Shown piece by piece: positions 8,457 through 17,781 of a DNA stretch of 64,000 nt; position 1 is the stretch's first letter, and each line of letters starts with the position of its first letter. Both the position numbers and the translations under genes were made by a program. The DNA lies in the NCBI GenBank assembly GCA_965206595.1, contig OZ242214.1, positions 1,248,001 through 1,312,000 of the forward strand. The letters run 5' to 3'. The stretch comes from Candidatus Latescibacterota bacterium. GTDB lineage: Bacteria; Latescibacterota; UBA2968; UBA8231. The notes beneath the pieces are model-generated. The model worked only from the letters and a program-made list of their open reading frames with translations. It did no database searches and was not told where the DNA came from.

Positions 8457-9704
8457 GTGGTTCAACTAGGTAGCAGTGCGAGGTAGAGTCGCTTGAGTTT
8501 AATGCGTGCATCCGCGGTGGTGAACCGCCAGTTGATGACGGGCGGGTCTTCGAGGCGCTCCGTGAGCCAGGCTTTCACGTGTTTTCCTAACTGCTGGATC
8601 GTCGCGATGCGACGATTGAGGCACTGCCGAAAGAGCACGTTCAGTCCGATCTCGGCCATGTTGAGCCAGCTGCCGTGTGTAGGGGTGTAGTGAATGTCGA
8701 GTTTGTCAGCGATGCGCTTGGCTTCGTCCGGTTCGAAGACCTCGTAAAGGGCCGCCTTCTTATGGGTGCTCAAGTTGTCGATCACCAGCGTGATCTTCTC
8801 GGCCTCAGGGTAATGGACATCGACGAGATCCCTGACGGTGTGAGCCCAGTCCCTCATCGTGCGCTGTTCACTCACTCGGACGTGGCAGCGACCCGTGAGG
8901 GGCTCCAGCATCATGAAGACGTTGGCAACCCCGTTGCGGACGTATTCATGGTGATACCGCGCCGGACACCCCGGCGCCACCGGCAAGGGCTGCTGCGTTT
9001 CGCCGATCAACTGCTTGCAGGTCTCATCCAAGCAAATCAGCGGATGGCTCGGGTCGTACGGCCGTTGATAGATCTCCAACACGTCCTCCATCGCGCAGAC
9101 GAACTCGGCACTGGGTTTGCCCGGCAGGCACCACATCTCCCGCTGCCAGGGCTTCAGTTCTTTTTTTTAGCGTTTGGCGGACCGTTTCCGGGCTGACGCT
9201 GTCAACCAGCTCCAAGGTCACGAGGCGGTCTGCCAGCAACTTCAGGGTCCAGTGCTTCCTTCCCTCGGGGGGCTCGCCGCAGGCCAGAGCCACCAGATGG
9301 GCTTCGGCTCTGCCGTCGATCTTCTTCGCTTTCCGATTCTTCTGCTCTTTGCGCTGCAGCGACGCCTCGAAGCCCTCTTCCACGAACCGCTTGCGCAGAC
9401 GCTCCACTGTGCTCGGATGCACGTCGAGCGCGCGTTCGATCTGCTCATCGGTCCAGTGCTCACCATGCGGACCCTGGTCCGTCTTCAACAGGATCCTGGC
9501 ATGCCGTTGTTTGTAGGCCGCCGCCTTCCCCTTCGAGATCAAATCGCGCAGATGAGCTCGCTCCTCCGCTGTGAGCGTGACAATGTACTTTTTCTTGGGC
9601 CACGTCGATCTCCTCTCCTGACAAAGGGGCCTCAGGAGAAGGATACGATCCCCGGCCTCAAAACGCTAGTTCCAATATCCATCAATCCTAACTGGATGAA
9701 CCAC
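8457..9704 (-). mobile_element. IS630-family insertion sequence
   Basis: Imperfect terminal IRs GTGGTTCAACTAG / CTGGATGAACCAC, with TA duplicated at 8455-56 and 9705-06. Confidence 0.88.
8462..9603 (-). pseudogene. IS630 transposase (HTH orfA + DDE orfB), apparently frameshift-damaged
   Basis: orfA KKYIVTLT..EER..L...RHARILL...HWTLKLLA; orfB CLDE, DNLSTH, YTPTHGSWLNMAE. A8 slippery run at 9161-9168, extra base just after the GTG start at 9603. Confidence 0.85.
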
Positions 9705-9768
9705 TAGGAGAGTTCGTGATTATGAAACGTGAAACGATTGGTTGGTCAGGTCGGCCAATTACAATAAC

Positions 9769-11457
9769 TCATTCAGCTTGGATCTCACCCACTAAACTCC
9801 TGCCGTCTATTTCGATAGTGGGCTTGATATCAAGCCATTCCGCAAATGTCGGTGCAATATCAACAGTTCGTACTTTTGGCGAATGGAAACCTGCCTTTAT
9901 CCCCGCTCCCATAAACACAATTGGCACATGACTATCGTATGTGTATGGCGAGCCATGATTTGTCGGGATATCGTTAAGTAGGTAAAACTCTTTGTAACGC
10001 AAAATGAGATCGCCCGACCTTCCCGGATGATAGCCATTTTCATAGAGATCATAATAGGGACGGCCATTGCTTACTTTTCCTGTCAGCTCTTCCCTGCTGA
10101 AAACGTCCACTACCGAACCAAACTGCTTCAATTTTGGAATCAACAGACGATTGAGTTCTCTAGCACTGATTCCCTTTGATTCTGCGGCGGCATAATTTAC
10201 ATAAATTCCCGGAGACAACCCAAGTATCAGACGCTCAGTAATCTCTAGATACTTAGCACTTTCAATGAATATTTTCTGAATCTCGGCTAATAGCTTTTCA
10301 TCCGAAATACGCTTGGCGTCAAAGCCGCGCCTAGCCAGGTCCTCCACAAGTGGCAACACCCCATGATCACTGCTAAGTGCAACGATATAATTTTCAGAGC
10401 CAATCTGCTGGTCAAGGAAGTCAAGAAATTCTTCCAGATAAATATCCAGTCTTAAAAAATGATCTAAACTCTCCTGGCTCAAGGGTCCAAAGGTGTGGCC
10501 GATTGCATCGGCTGAAGAACACCCAACGAAAAGTAGATCGGGTGATTCATCGGTACCGAGATTTTCATTCTTGATAAGTGTCTTTGCAAACTCCAGGATG
10601 AATTCATCTGCAAATGGCGTGATTTGCAAAGCTTGGTAATATTGCCTATCAGGCTCAGTGCCTTCAAAATTGTGGGGGAAGGTAGTATTTTTGCCATAAT
10701 TTTCAGCGGTAAAACTATCTTCCCGCGCCAGAAAGTAAGTTTCCCCCTGCATCAGCTTTTGCCAGCCAGGTTCAAAAAATTGCTCGACTACCCTGGATTC
10801 ATTGAAATTCTCAACCCAGGCGGGATAAGACTTCAGGTAATATTCCGATGTAATGATATTACCATTATCATTGTTATACCAATAAGCAGCATCAGGCTTT
10901 TTCCCTGCCATCATAACTGCAGAGCCGGATTTTCGAGAAATGGAAAACACTTTGCTTTTCGGCGATTGCATTTTCAGCCAATCCCCCAGAGCTGGTATGA
11001 GCACTTTCACCGGAGAACGCCCTTCACGGGGTTCTTTGTTGGGATAGCCAAGAGGCGGATAGCTGGAATCTTCACCGTACCCGAAAGCGCCACGCTTTTT
11101 TTGGACGCGGTCAAACCAGGAATTTGCCACGATACCATGTCGAGAAGGGTGAGAGCCGGTTGCAATTGTAGCATGTCCCGGTCCGGTCTGAGTCATATAA
11201 TGACCATGATGCGCATTTGTAAAAACAGCGCCTTGATCGAGCAACCGCTTGAAACCGCCCTTATATATACCGGCAAATCGAGAAAGATGGTCGGCGCGCA
11301 TCTGATCGACGACAATCACGACAGCCAGTTTTGGGGGTGTGGACTCTTCGGAGGCTCGTGTTTGAAAACCGTTGGTGAGGAACACAGCTATGAAAAAAAA
11401 GCTTTTGATTACCCAGGCTCGATTCATAGGATTTATCCTTGATATGCTTGATCTCAA
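9769..11457 (-). CDS. Secreted alkaline phosphatase family protein (PafA-like), low GC
   Basis: VVDQMR, T.PGHATIATG (Thr nucleophile), D.IGH.FGP, SSDHG, HGSPYTYDSHVP. N-terminal signal peptide; true start may be ~11427. Confidence 0.88.
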   Translation of the reverse strand: MRSSISRINPMNRAWVIKSFFFIAVFLTNGFQTRASEESTPPKLAVVIVVDQMRADHLSRFAGIYKGGFKRLLDQGAVFTNAHHGHYMTQTGPGHATIATGSHPSRHGIVANSWFDRVQKKRGAFGYGEDSSYPPLGYPNKEPREGRSPVKVLIPALGDWLKMQSPKSKVFSISRKSGSAVMMAGKKPDAAYWYNNDNGNIITSEYYLKSYPAWVENFNESRVVEQFFEPGWQKLMQGETYFLAREDSFTAENYGKNTTFPHNFEGTEPDRQYYQALQITPFADEFILEFAKTLIKNENLGTDESPDLLFVGCSSADAIGHTFGPLSQESLDHFLRLDIYLEEFLDFLDQQIGSENYIVALSSDHGVLPLVEDLARRGFDAKRISDEKLLAEIQKIFIESAKYLEITERLILGLSPGIYVNYAAAESKGISARELNRLLIPKLKQFGSVVDVFSREELTGKVSNGRPYYDLYENGYHPGRSGDLILRYKEFYLLNDIPTNHGSPYTYDSHVPIVFMGAGIKAGFHSPKVRTVDIAPTFAEWLDIKPTIEIDGRSLVGEIQAE

Positions 11458-11899
11458 GCAGAACTCTCAGATCGGGGCGAATTTTCAATTCGAGAGATGA
11501 AACTATCGTTTACCACGCTTGCGTGTCCAGACTGGACTGACGGGGTACACCTCATTGGTCTCCTGACGGCCAGAGCATTTGTTTCGTCTCCAACCGGCCT
11601 GAACCCTTTCTCGATGGTCTGATCCGGTGGTTTAAGGACTGGTAGCGCAACCCACGGTCTGCCCCACCAAACATCACCCCATCCAGGTCATCCGGGGCTT
11701 GGTAGCTCACCGCGATCGCGTCCCTGATCCCCCTCGACGTGGCGTGCGGCCGTATCGCTCCAGCACTTCGAGCCGTGGCCCGAAGAGGTGGAAGACCTGC
11801 ACGGCGACGGTACATCAGCCGCTGGGATCAGGCAGGATTCAAAAACCTGGATGATTCAGCCACACCGGGCTGAGAAGCAGTGGCGGCAGCGGGCGTGGC

Positions 11900-13792
11900 C
11901 TACTCGCCCCCCGCTTTGGGGCCGCGCCGGGCGTGCAGGATGACCATCAGGGAGGAGACGTCCGCCGGGGAGACCCCCGATATCCTGGAGGCCTGCCCGA
12001 GGGTGCGGGGCCGCACCGCGGATAGCTTCTGGCGCGCCTCGGTCGACAGCTTGTCCGCCTCCGCCTCGAAGTCGAAATCGGCCGGTATGGTGAGCTCCTC
12101 GAGGCGCCGTACCTTGGCGACCTCCTGCTGCTGCCGGTCGATGTACCCTTCATACTTGATCTCCGCCTCGACATGCTCGGCGGCGTCGGCTGGCAGGGGC
12201 CGCGGCGGGGGCGACAGCTCGCAGACGTCGTCGTAGCCGAGCTGCGGCCTGCGCAGCAGGTCGGCTAGCAGGGCCGCTTCGGAGATCTTCGCCGTGCCCT
12301 GTCTTTGCAGCACCTCGTTCGTCCTCTCGCCGGGTCGGACGCGCACGCTACGCAGGCGCGCCAGCTCCTCGGCGACGTCCCGCTGCTTGCGTCGGAACCG
12401 GCTCCAGGCGCCGTCTCCCACCATTCCGAAGCGGCGCCCGTGTTCCATCAGCCGGTAGTCGGCGTTGTCCTCGCGCAGCAGCAGGCGGTACTCGGCGCGC
12501 GAGGTGAACATCCGGTAGGGCTCCGGCGTCCCCTTGGTCACCAGGTCGTCGACCAGCACCCCCATGTAGGCCTCGGAGCGCTGCAGCACGAACGGCTCCT
12601 CGCCGCGCGCCTTGAGCACGGCGTTGATGCCGGCGAGCTGGCCTTGGCCCGCGGCTTCCTCGTACCCGGTGGTGCCGTTGATCTGCCCGGCGAAGAAGAG
12701 GGAGTCGACGAGCTTGGTTTCCAGCCATCCGTACAGCTGCGTAGGCGGGGCGTAGTCGTACTCGACGGCGTAGGCAGGGCGCATGATCTCGGCGCGCTCG
12801 AGACCGGGAACGGTGCGCAGGATGTCGTGCTGGAGCTCTTCGGGCAGGCTCATCGACAGGCCGTTGATGTAGAACTCGAGGGTGCGGACCCCCTCCGGCT
12901 CGATGAAGATCTGGTGGCGCTCGCGGTCGGCGAACTTGACGATCTTGTCCTCGATCGAGGGGCAGTAGCGCGGTCCCACCCCCTCGATGCGGCCGCTGTA
13001 CATGGCAGAGCGGCCGAGGTTCTCGCGGATGCGGTCATGCGTTTCGCTGTTGGTGTAGGCGACCCAGCAGGGGAGCTGCGGCAGCGCGGGGCCCTCGCTT
13101 TCGTACGAGAACATCCGCGGGGGCTCGTCGCCCGGTTGCCTCTCGAGGGCGTCGAAGTCGATGCTGCGGCCGTTGACGCGCGGCGGCGTGCCGGTCTTCA
13201 GGCGCCCGATCTCGAACCCGAGGGAGGCGAGACCCTCCGAGGCCCTGTCCGCAGCCGCCTCCCCGGCGCGGCCGGAGCTGTAGCTGTAGTCGCCGACGTG
13301 GATCCTGCCCTTGAGGAACGTTCCCGTGGTCAGGATGACGGTGCGCCCCCGGTAGAGGATTCCCCCCTTGACCCCGACCCCAGTGACGCGGCCGCCTTCG
13401 ACGATCAGGCTCTCCATCATTCCCTGTCGCAGGTCGAGGCGTTCCTGGGCCTCGCAGGTGTACTTCATTTCCAGCTGGTACACTTTCTTGTCGCACTGGG
13501 CGCGGCAGGCGCGCACCGCGGGACCGCGGCTGGTGTTGAGGCGGCGAAACTGGATCCCGGAGCGGTCGGTGTTGGCGGCCATGGCGCCCCCGAGGGCGTC
13601 GATCTCCTTGACCATGTGACCTTTGCCGATACCGCCGATGGCGGGGTTGCACGACATCTGCGCCACGGTGTCGAGATTCATGGTCAGCAGCAGGGTCTCG
13701 GCCCCCATGCGAGCCGCGGCGAGGGCGGCCTCAGTGCCGGCGTGACCGCCGCCGACGACGACGACCTCGTAGGTCTTGGGGTAGGTGCTCAT
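11900..13792 (-). CDS. mnmG: tRNA uridine-5-carboxymethylaminomethyl synthesis enzyme MnmG (GidA)
   Basis: [64 protein letters not shown]; 630 aa. Confidence 0.98.
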   Translation of the reverse strand: MSTYPKTYEVVVVGGGHAGTEAALAAARMGAETLLLTMNLDTVAQMSCNPAIGGIGKGHMVKEIDALGGAMAANTDRSGIQFRRLNTSRGPAVRACRAQCDKKVYQLEMKYTCEAQERLDLRQGMMESLIVEGGRVTGVGVKGGILYRGRTVILTTGTFLKGRIHVGDYSYSSGRAGEAAADRASEGLASLGFEIGRLKTGTPPRVNGRSIDFDALERQPGDEPPRMFSYESEGPALPQLPCWVAYTNSETHDRIRENLGRSAMYSGRIEGVGPRYCPSIEDKIVKFADRERHQIFIEPEGVRTLEFYINGLSMSLPEELQHDILRTVPGLERAEIMRPAYAVEYDYAPPTQLYGWLETKLVDSLFFAGQINGTTGYEEAAGQGQLAGINAVLKARGEEPFVLQRSEAYMGVLVDDLVTKGTPEPYRMFTSRAEYRLLLREDNADYRLMEHGRRFGMVGDGAWSRFRRKQRDVAEELARLRSVRVRPGERTNEVLQRQGTAKISEAALLADLLRRPQLGYDDVCELSPPPRPLPADAAEHVEAEIKYEGYIDRQQQEVAKVRRLEELTIPADFDFEAEADKLSTEARQKLSAVRPRTLGQASRISGVSPADVSSLMVILHARRGPKAGGE

Positions 13793-14055
13793 GAGTCCCT
13801 GCCGTCAAACTCCTCTTCGAGCTCCAGCACGAGTGCTTCGAGCACTTCCTGCGGGCTGCCGGGCCGCTCCTGCCTGCCGGTCCAGCTCCACTGCTCGAGG
13901 TAGTCGTCGGTGCCCTCGAGCCCCTGCTCCATCGCCGACTGGTCGATCGCCTCCTGGAAGCGGTCGGGCATCTTCCGCGACAGCGGCCGGCGCCCCTCGA
14001 AGACGCGGACCTGGGCGGGAATGTTCTGCCAGTAGAGGATCTGGTAGTGGGCCAT
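13789..14055 (-). CDS. 'Virulence factor' family small protein associated with corrinoid/methionine clusters
   Basis: [11 protein letters not shown]...[12 protein letters not shown]...DDYLEQW pattern; 4-bp ATGA overlap with mnmG. Confidence 0.75.
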   Translation of the reverse strand: MAHYQILYWQNIPAQVRVFEGRRPLSRKMPDRFQEAIDQSAMEQGLEGTDDYLEQWSWTGRQERPGSPQEVLEALVLELEEEFDGRDS

Positions 14056-14058
14056 CTG

Positions 14059-15069
14059 CTATTGCTCCTGCTGCCGCGGCCAACCGGCTGCGGCCATGGC
14101 TGCGGCGAATCCGCGGATATGGTCGGGGCCGGTTCCGCAGCACCCCCCGACGACCGCGGCGCCGGTGGCGAACAGGGCGGGGACCTCGGCCGCCATCTCT
14201 TCCGGGGTCTGCGAATACACGGTGCGCTGGCGCTCGAGACGGGGCATGCCGGCGTTCGGGAAGGCGATCGTCTTTTTGCGGGCCATGCCGCGGGCGTCCA
14301 TCGCCTCGTTGAGCTGCTCGATGCCGAGCAGGGCGTACGGCATGCCGGTGTGCTCGCGGCGGCGCTGCTCGGCGCCGCAGTTCAGCCCGAGCAGGTCCAC
14401 CGATTCGAGGAGATCGTCGCCGTTGGAGTGCTTCCCCGAGGCGAGGATTTCGAGCAGGTCCCCCGCGGAGTGGCCCCAGTCGGTCCTGTAGACGATCTCC
14501 CGGGTACGGCGGTCCCGGGTGTACTTGTAGGTGAGGCAGAGGGCGACTGGAAGCCCGAAACGGCGCGCCACGTCGACGGCGATCGCCGCTTCGTTGGCGG
14601 AGAACATCGTTTCGATGACGAAGAGGTCTACCCCTTCCTCGGCCAGGGCGGCGGCGACCCGCTGGTGGGCGTCGCGGACCTTGGCGTCCGGGATGCCGAA
14701 ATCGGTGCCGCCGGCATCCGCTTCGATGGCGCCGGGGGAAGGGCCGAGGCTGCCGGCGACATAGATGTCTCGCCCGGCTTCCGAGGCCGCCCGGCGGGCA
14801 TGGGCCGCGGCCAGGGCGGCGATGCGGCCGGCGTCGGCTTCGGGATCGGCCATCTCGAGGTGAAGCGGAGAGCCGACGAAGGTGTTGACGTGGATCATCT
14901 CGGAGCCCGCTTCGATGTAGCGGCGATGGATGTCGAGAACCGCGTCGGGGTGCAGCTGGTTGGCCATGGCGCTGTTCGGCAGCTCGATGCCGCGGGCGAA
15001 CAGCTCGGTGCCGAAGGCGCCGTCGTAGAGGAGTGGACCTTCGTCCAGGCGCTCGAGAAGCGGTTTCAT
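14059..15069 (-). CDS. Homocysteine S-methyltransferase family (stand-alone MetH Hcy-binding domain)
   Basis: LYDGAFGT, GSLGP, IETM, GLNCG, PNAG, GGCCGT (Zn ligands). Start moved to the ATG at 15069, overlapping the upstream stop. Confidence 0.9.
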   Translation of the reverse strand: MKPLLERLDEGPLLYDGAFGTELFARGIELPNSAMANQLHPDAVLDIHRRYIEAGSEMIHVNTFVGSPLHLEMADPEADAGRIAALAAAHARRAASEAGRDIYVAGSLGPSPGAIEADAGGTDFGIPDAKVRDAHQRVAAALAEEGVDLFVIETMFSANEAAIAVDVARRFGLPVALCLTYKYTRDRRTREIVYRTDWGHSAGDLLEILASGKHSNGDDLLESVDLLGLNCGAEQRRREHTGMPYALLGIEQLNEAMDARGMARKKTIAFPNAGMPRLERQRTVYSQTPEEMAAEVPALFATGAAVVGGCCGTGPDHIRGFAAAMAAAGWPRQQEQ

Positions 15070-16142
15070 CTCCTGGGGCGCGGCCTGCGGCGCGGGGGGC
15101 CGCCGTCTCCGAGCTCCCCCTTTCGCCATGCCCGGATGTAACCGGCGCAGTGCTCGTCCCTGCCCATCAGCACGTCCTCGGCCAGCTGGTAGGGACGCGA
15201 ACTGCGGTCGAGGGCGAACACCTTGTCCGGCCGGCTGGTCACCGGGTCGATGATGCCGCTGTCGGCCCCGGCCTCGACCGCGAGCACCATGAAGACGTCG
15301 TTGATCCACTTGCGGCTCGGGATGCCGAATGAAACGTTGCTCAGGCCCCCGGTTATGTGAATGCGGGGGCCGTATTTCTCGCGCAGGCCGCGGATCGCCT
15401 CGAAGCTGTGAAGGCCGAAGCGGCCGTCCACCGAGATCGGGAATATCAGCGGGTCGATGTAGATGTCGCTGTCGGCAATCCCCCTGTCGAAAGCCGCATC
15501 GACCATGCGCGAGGCATTGCCGATGCGCTCCTCGGCGCTCTCCGGCATCCCGGAATCGCCCGCCGCGGTGACGATGACGCCGGCGTCGTGCTCGACGGCG
15601 AGATCGAGGGCCTCGAGGCGCTCGAGCGAGGCGGAGTTGAGCAGCGGCCGCCCCCTGGACTTGTCGCACGCCTCCAGGCCGGTGGCGATGGTCTCGACAT
15701 TGGAGGAATCTACTGACACCGGGATTTCCGACATGCCTTGCACGGTGCGTACGAGCCAGGCCATCGCCGCCTTCTGTTCTTCGAGCTTCAGCGAGATTTC
15801 GTCGACGTTGAGGTCGAGGAAGTCGGCCCCCGCCTGTTCCTGGCGCTGGACCAGCCGCTCAAGGTACTGCATCCCCTCTGCCGCGGGTTCGCCCTCCCCG
15901 GACATTGCCCCCTGCAGGGCGAACTTGACGTGCTTGACGCGCCCTTCTTCGTAATCCTGGGTGCACTTCACCGCCTCGGGAATGGCCAGGCGGCGGCGTT
16001 CGCCCGCAGTCGAAGTGTAGCGCACCGCTTCGCGCCCGTCCGCGTCGGCGGTCACGAGCTTGCCGCGGCGCATCACCACCCGCGTGGTGTGGATGTTCTC
16101 GCCGACGATGATGAAATCGAGATCGGGGTCCTGCAGCTTCAT
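15066..16142 (-). CDS. Pterin-binding methyltetrahydrofolate:corrinoid methyltransferase (AcsE/MetH folate domain-like)
   Basis: IVGENIH, LDLNVD, SVDSS, LNSAS, IDPL, GLSNVSFG. Confidence 0.85.
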   Translation of the reverse strand: MKLQDPDLDFIIVGENIHTTRVVMRRGKLVTADADGREAVRYTSTAGERRRLAIPEAVKCTQDYEEGRVKHVKFALQGAMSGEGEPAAEGMQYLERLVQRQEQAGADFLDLNVDEISLKLEEQKAAMAWLVRTVQGMSEIPVSVDSSNVETIATGLEACDKSRGRPLLNSASLERLEALDLAVEHDAGVIVTAAGDSGMPESAEERIGNASRMVDAAFDRGIADSDIYIDPLIFPISVDGRFGLHSFEAIRGLREKYGPRIHITGGLSNVSFGIPSRKWINDVFMVLAVEAGADSGIIDPVTSRPDKVFALDRSSRPYQLAEDVLMGRDEHCAGYIRAWRKGELGDGGPPRRRPRPRR

Positions 16143-16164
16143 TCGCTGTTCCCGGAAAAATGGT

Positions 16165-17781
16165 TCATTCCGCCTGCTGCCCGGAATGGTTCGCGGCGTG
16201 GTGGTCGCGCCCGAGGAAGGTGTTGCCCCAGGCGCTGGTCCCTTCGAGAGTGCCGTCGCGGTAGACGACCGGCCGCTCCAGCATCCCTTCCTCTTCCCCG
16301 TAAGCTTTCAGGCGGTCGTACGCCCGCACCCAGATGCAGTCCTTCTCGCCGACCTCGCACTTGCCGTCGCGGGTACCGCCGCAGGGACCGTTGCGCTGGT
16401 TCTTGACGCACTGCGACTCCGGGCAGAGGAAGGCGATGTCGGGCAGCGAGCAGTCGCCGCAGTCGCGGCAGTCGAAGGCCGGCACCTTGACCGCCTGCTC
16501 GACGGCGTGAAGGAGCCTGCGCGTCCCCGGGCTGTTGTCGGCCGCGGCGAAAAGTTTTTCCCCTGCCTTGAATGCCGGGCGGTCCGGTTCGAACAGAACC
16601 TCGTGGGCGGCACGGTTGAGCTTGTAGGTCAGCGGCACCTGGCGGCGCAGGGCGCGGCGGGCTTCGGGGGTTCGCGAAGCCTCGTACTCGCGGTTGATTT
16701 CGGTGGAGGCGAGTCCGGTCTCCGGGTCGGCCTCGAAGAAGAAGAACTCGTCCGGGGCACCGTAGCGGAAGTCCGCGGCGAAATCCCGCCAGTCGTCGTC
16801 GCCGTAGGAGGCCGTCAGCTCGAGGATGCGCGCGTAATCGTCGTGTTTGAGGTGGCCGCCGAGGTAGGCGCCGCGGTAGCCGAGGCCGCGGGCGACGGCG
16901 CACTGCCTGGCGGCGAATTCGAGAAGGAACTGCTTGCCCTTGTCCCTGCCGCGGGCGTGTCTCTCGACTTCGGCGAGCAGCTCGTCCGACACTACCACTC
17001 CGGGAATGCGGCCGGCGTTGAAGTAGCGCGCCGCGGGTCCGCTGAGGACGTAGACGTTGGCGAGCACCGGAACATTCATCCCCTTGAGCGCCATGTACTT
17101 GACCAGCTCGTCCATCTTGCGGGCGTTGTAGCCGATCTGGTTGATGACGAAGGCGGCCCCGGCCGCGACTTTGCCGGCGAGCTTGAAGTACTGCGGCATG
17201 ACCTCGCTCTCGTGACGCTTGTAGTTGTTGACCACGGCGCCGAGGAAGAAGTCGGTCCGTTTCATGCGCGCCCGGCGGCCCTTGGGAGTCCGGGTTTCAA
17301 GCCCCTGGTTCATGTCGGAGAGCATCTTCAGGAGGCCGACCGAGTCGATGTCGAAGACGCCGCTGGCGCGGCCGCGGAAGCCGTCGGCCGGGTAGTCGCC
17401 TGAGAGGGCGAGAATGCTTTCGAACCCCTCGCTGGCCAACTGCCAGGCGTGGCTCTGCAGGCCGTTGCGGTTCCAGTCCTTGCAGGAGAGGTGGATGATG
17501 ACGTCCTGCCCCCGCGAGAGCAGGTCGAAGCCGAGGGTGTCGGCGCTGAGAACGGCGTTGCCGCCCGGGTTGTCGGTGATGCTCAGGGCGTGGATCCCCG
17601 GCAGGTCGGCGAGGCTGCGGGCCAGCTGCATAACCTTGCTGCCGCCGCGCTCGGTGATGACGCCGCGCGAGTTGACCAGCTCGACGACGGTGGCGAATTC
17701 GCCGGTGTGTTCGAGCAGGTGGCGCAGAGAGCGCTTGTTCCAGGAACCGGCGGCTGCGGTCGCGGTGCTCACCGGCCTCAC
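16165..17781 (-). CDS. Methylenetetrahydrofolate reductase fused to a Cys-rich MetV-like C-terminal domain
   Basis: ITDNPGG, HLSCKDWNR, LSGDYP, FDIDS. C-terminal CRDCGDC...CPESQC.K.QRNGPCGG...CEV...CIW. Confidence 0.88.
   Translation of the reverse strand: MRPVSTATAAAGSWNKRSLRHLLEHTGEFATVVELVNSRGVITERGGSKVMQLARSLADLPGIHALSITDNPGGNAVLSADTLGFDLLSRGQDVIIHLSCKDWNRNGLQSHAWQLASEGFESILALSGDYPADGFRGRASGVFDIDSVGLLKMLSDMNQGLETRTPKGRRARMKRTDFFLGAVVNNYKRHESEVMPQYFKLAGKVAAGAAFVINQIGYNARKMDELVKYMALKGMNVPVLANVYVLSGPAARYFNAGRIPGVVVSDELLAEVERHARGRDKGKQFLLEFAARQCAVARGLGYRGAYLGGHLKHDDYARILELTASYGDDDWRDFAADFRYGAPDEFFFFEADPETGLASTEINREYEASRTPEARRALRRQVPLTYKLNRAAHEVLFEPDRPAFKAGEKLFAAADNSPGTRRLLHAVEQAVKVPAFDCRDCGDCSLPDIAFLCPESQCVKNQRNGPCGGTRDGKCEVGEKDCIWVRAYDRLKAYGEEEGMLERPVVYRDGTLEGTSAWGNTFLGRDHHAANHSGQQAE

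Noticed and set aside
11520-11880. Short ORF 11552-11815 at the island edge
   Set aside because: No recognisable motif or RBS; may be a remnant but is unsupported.
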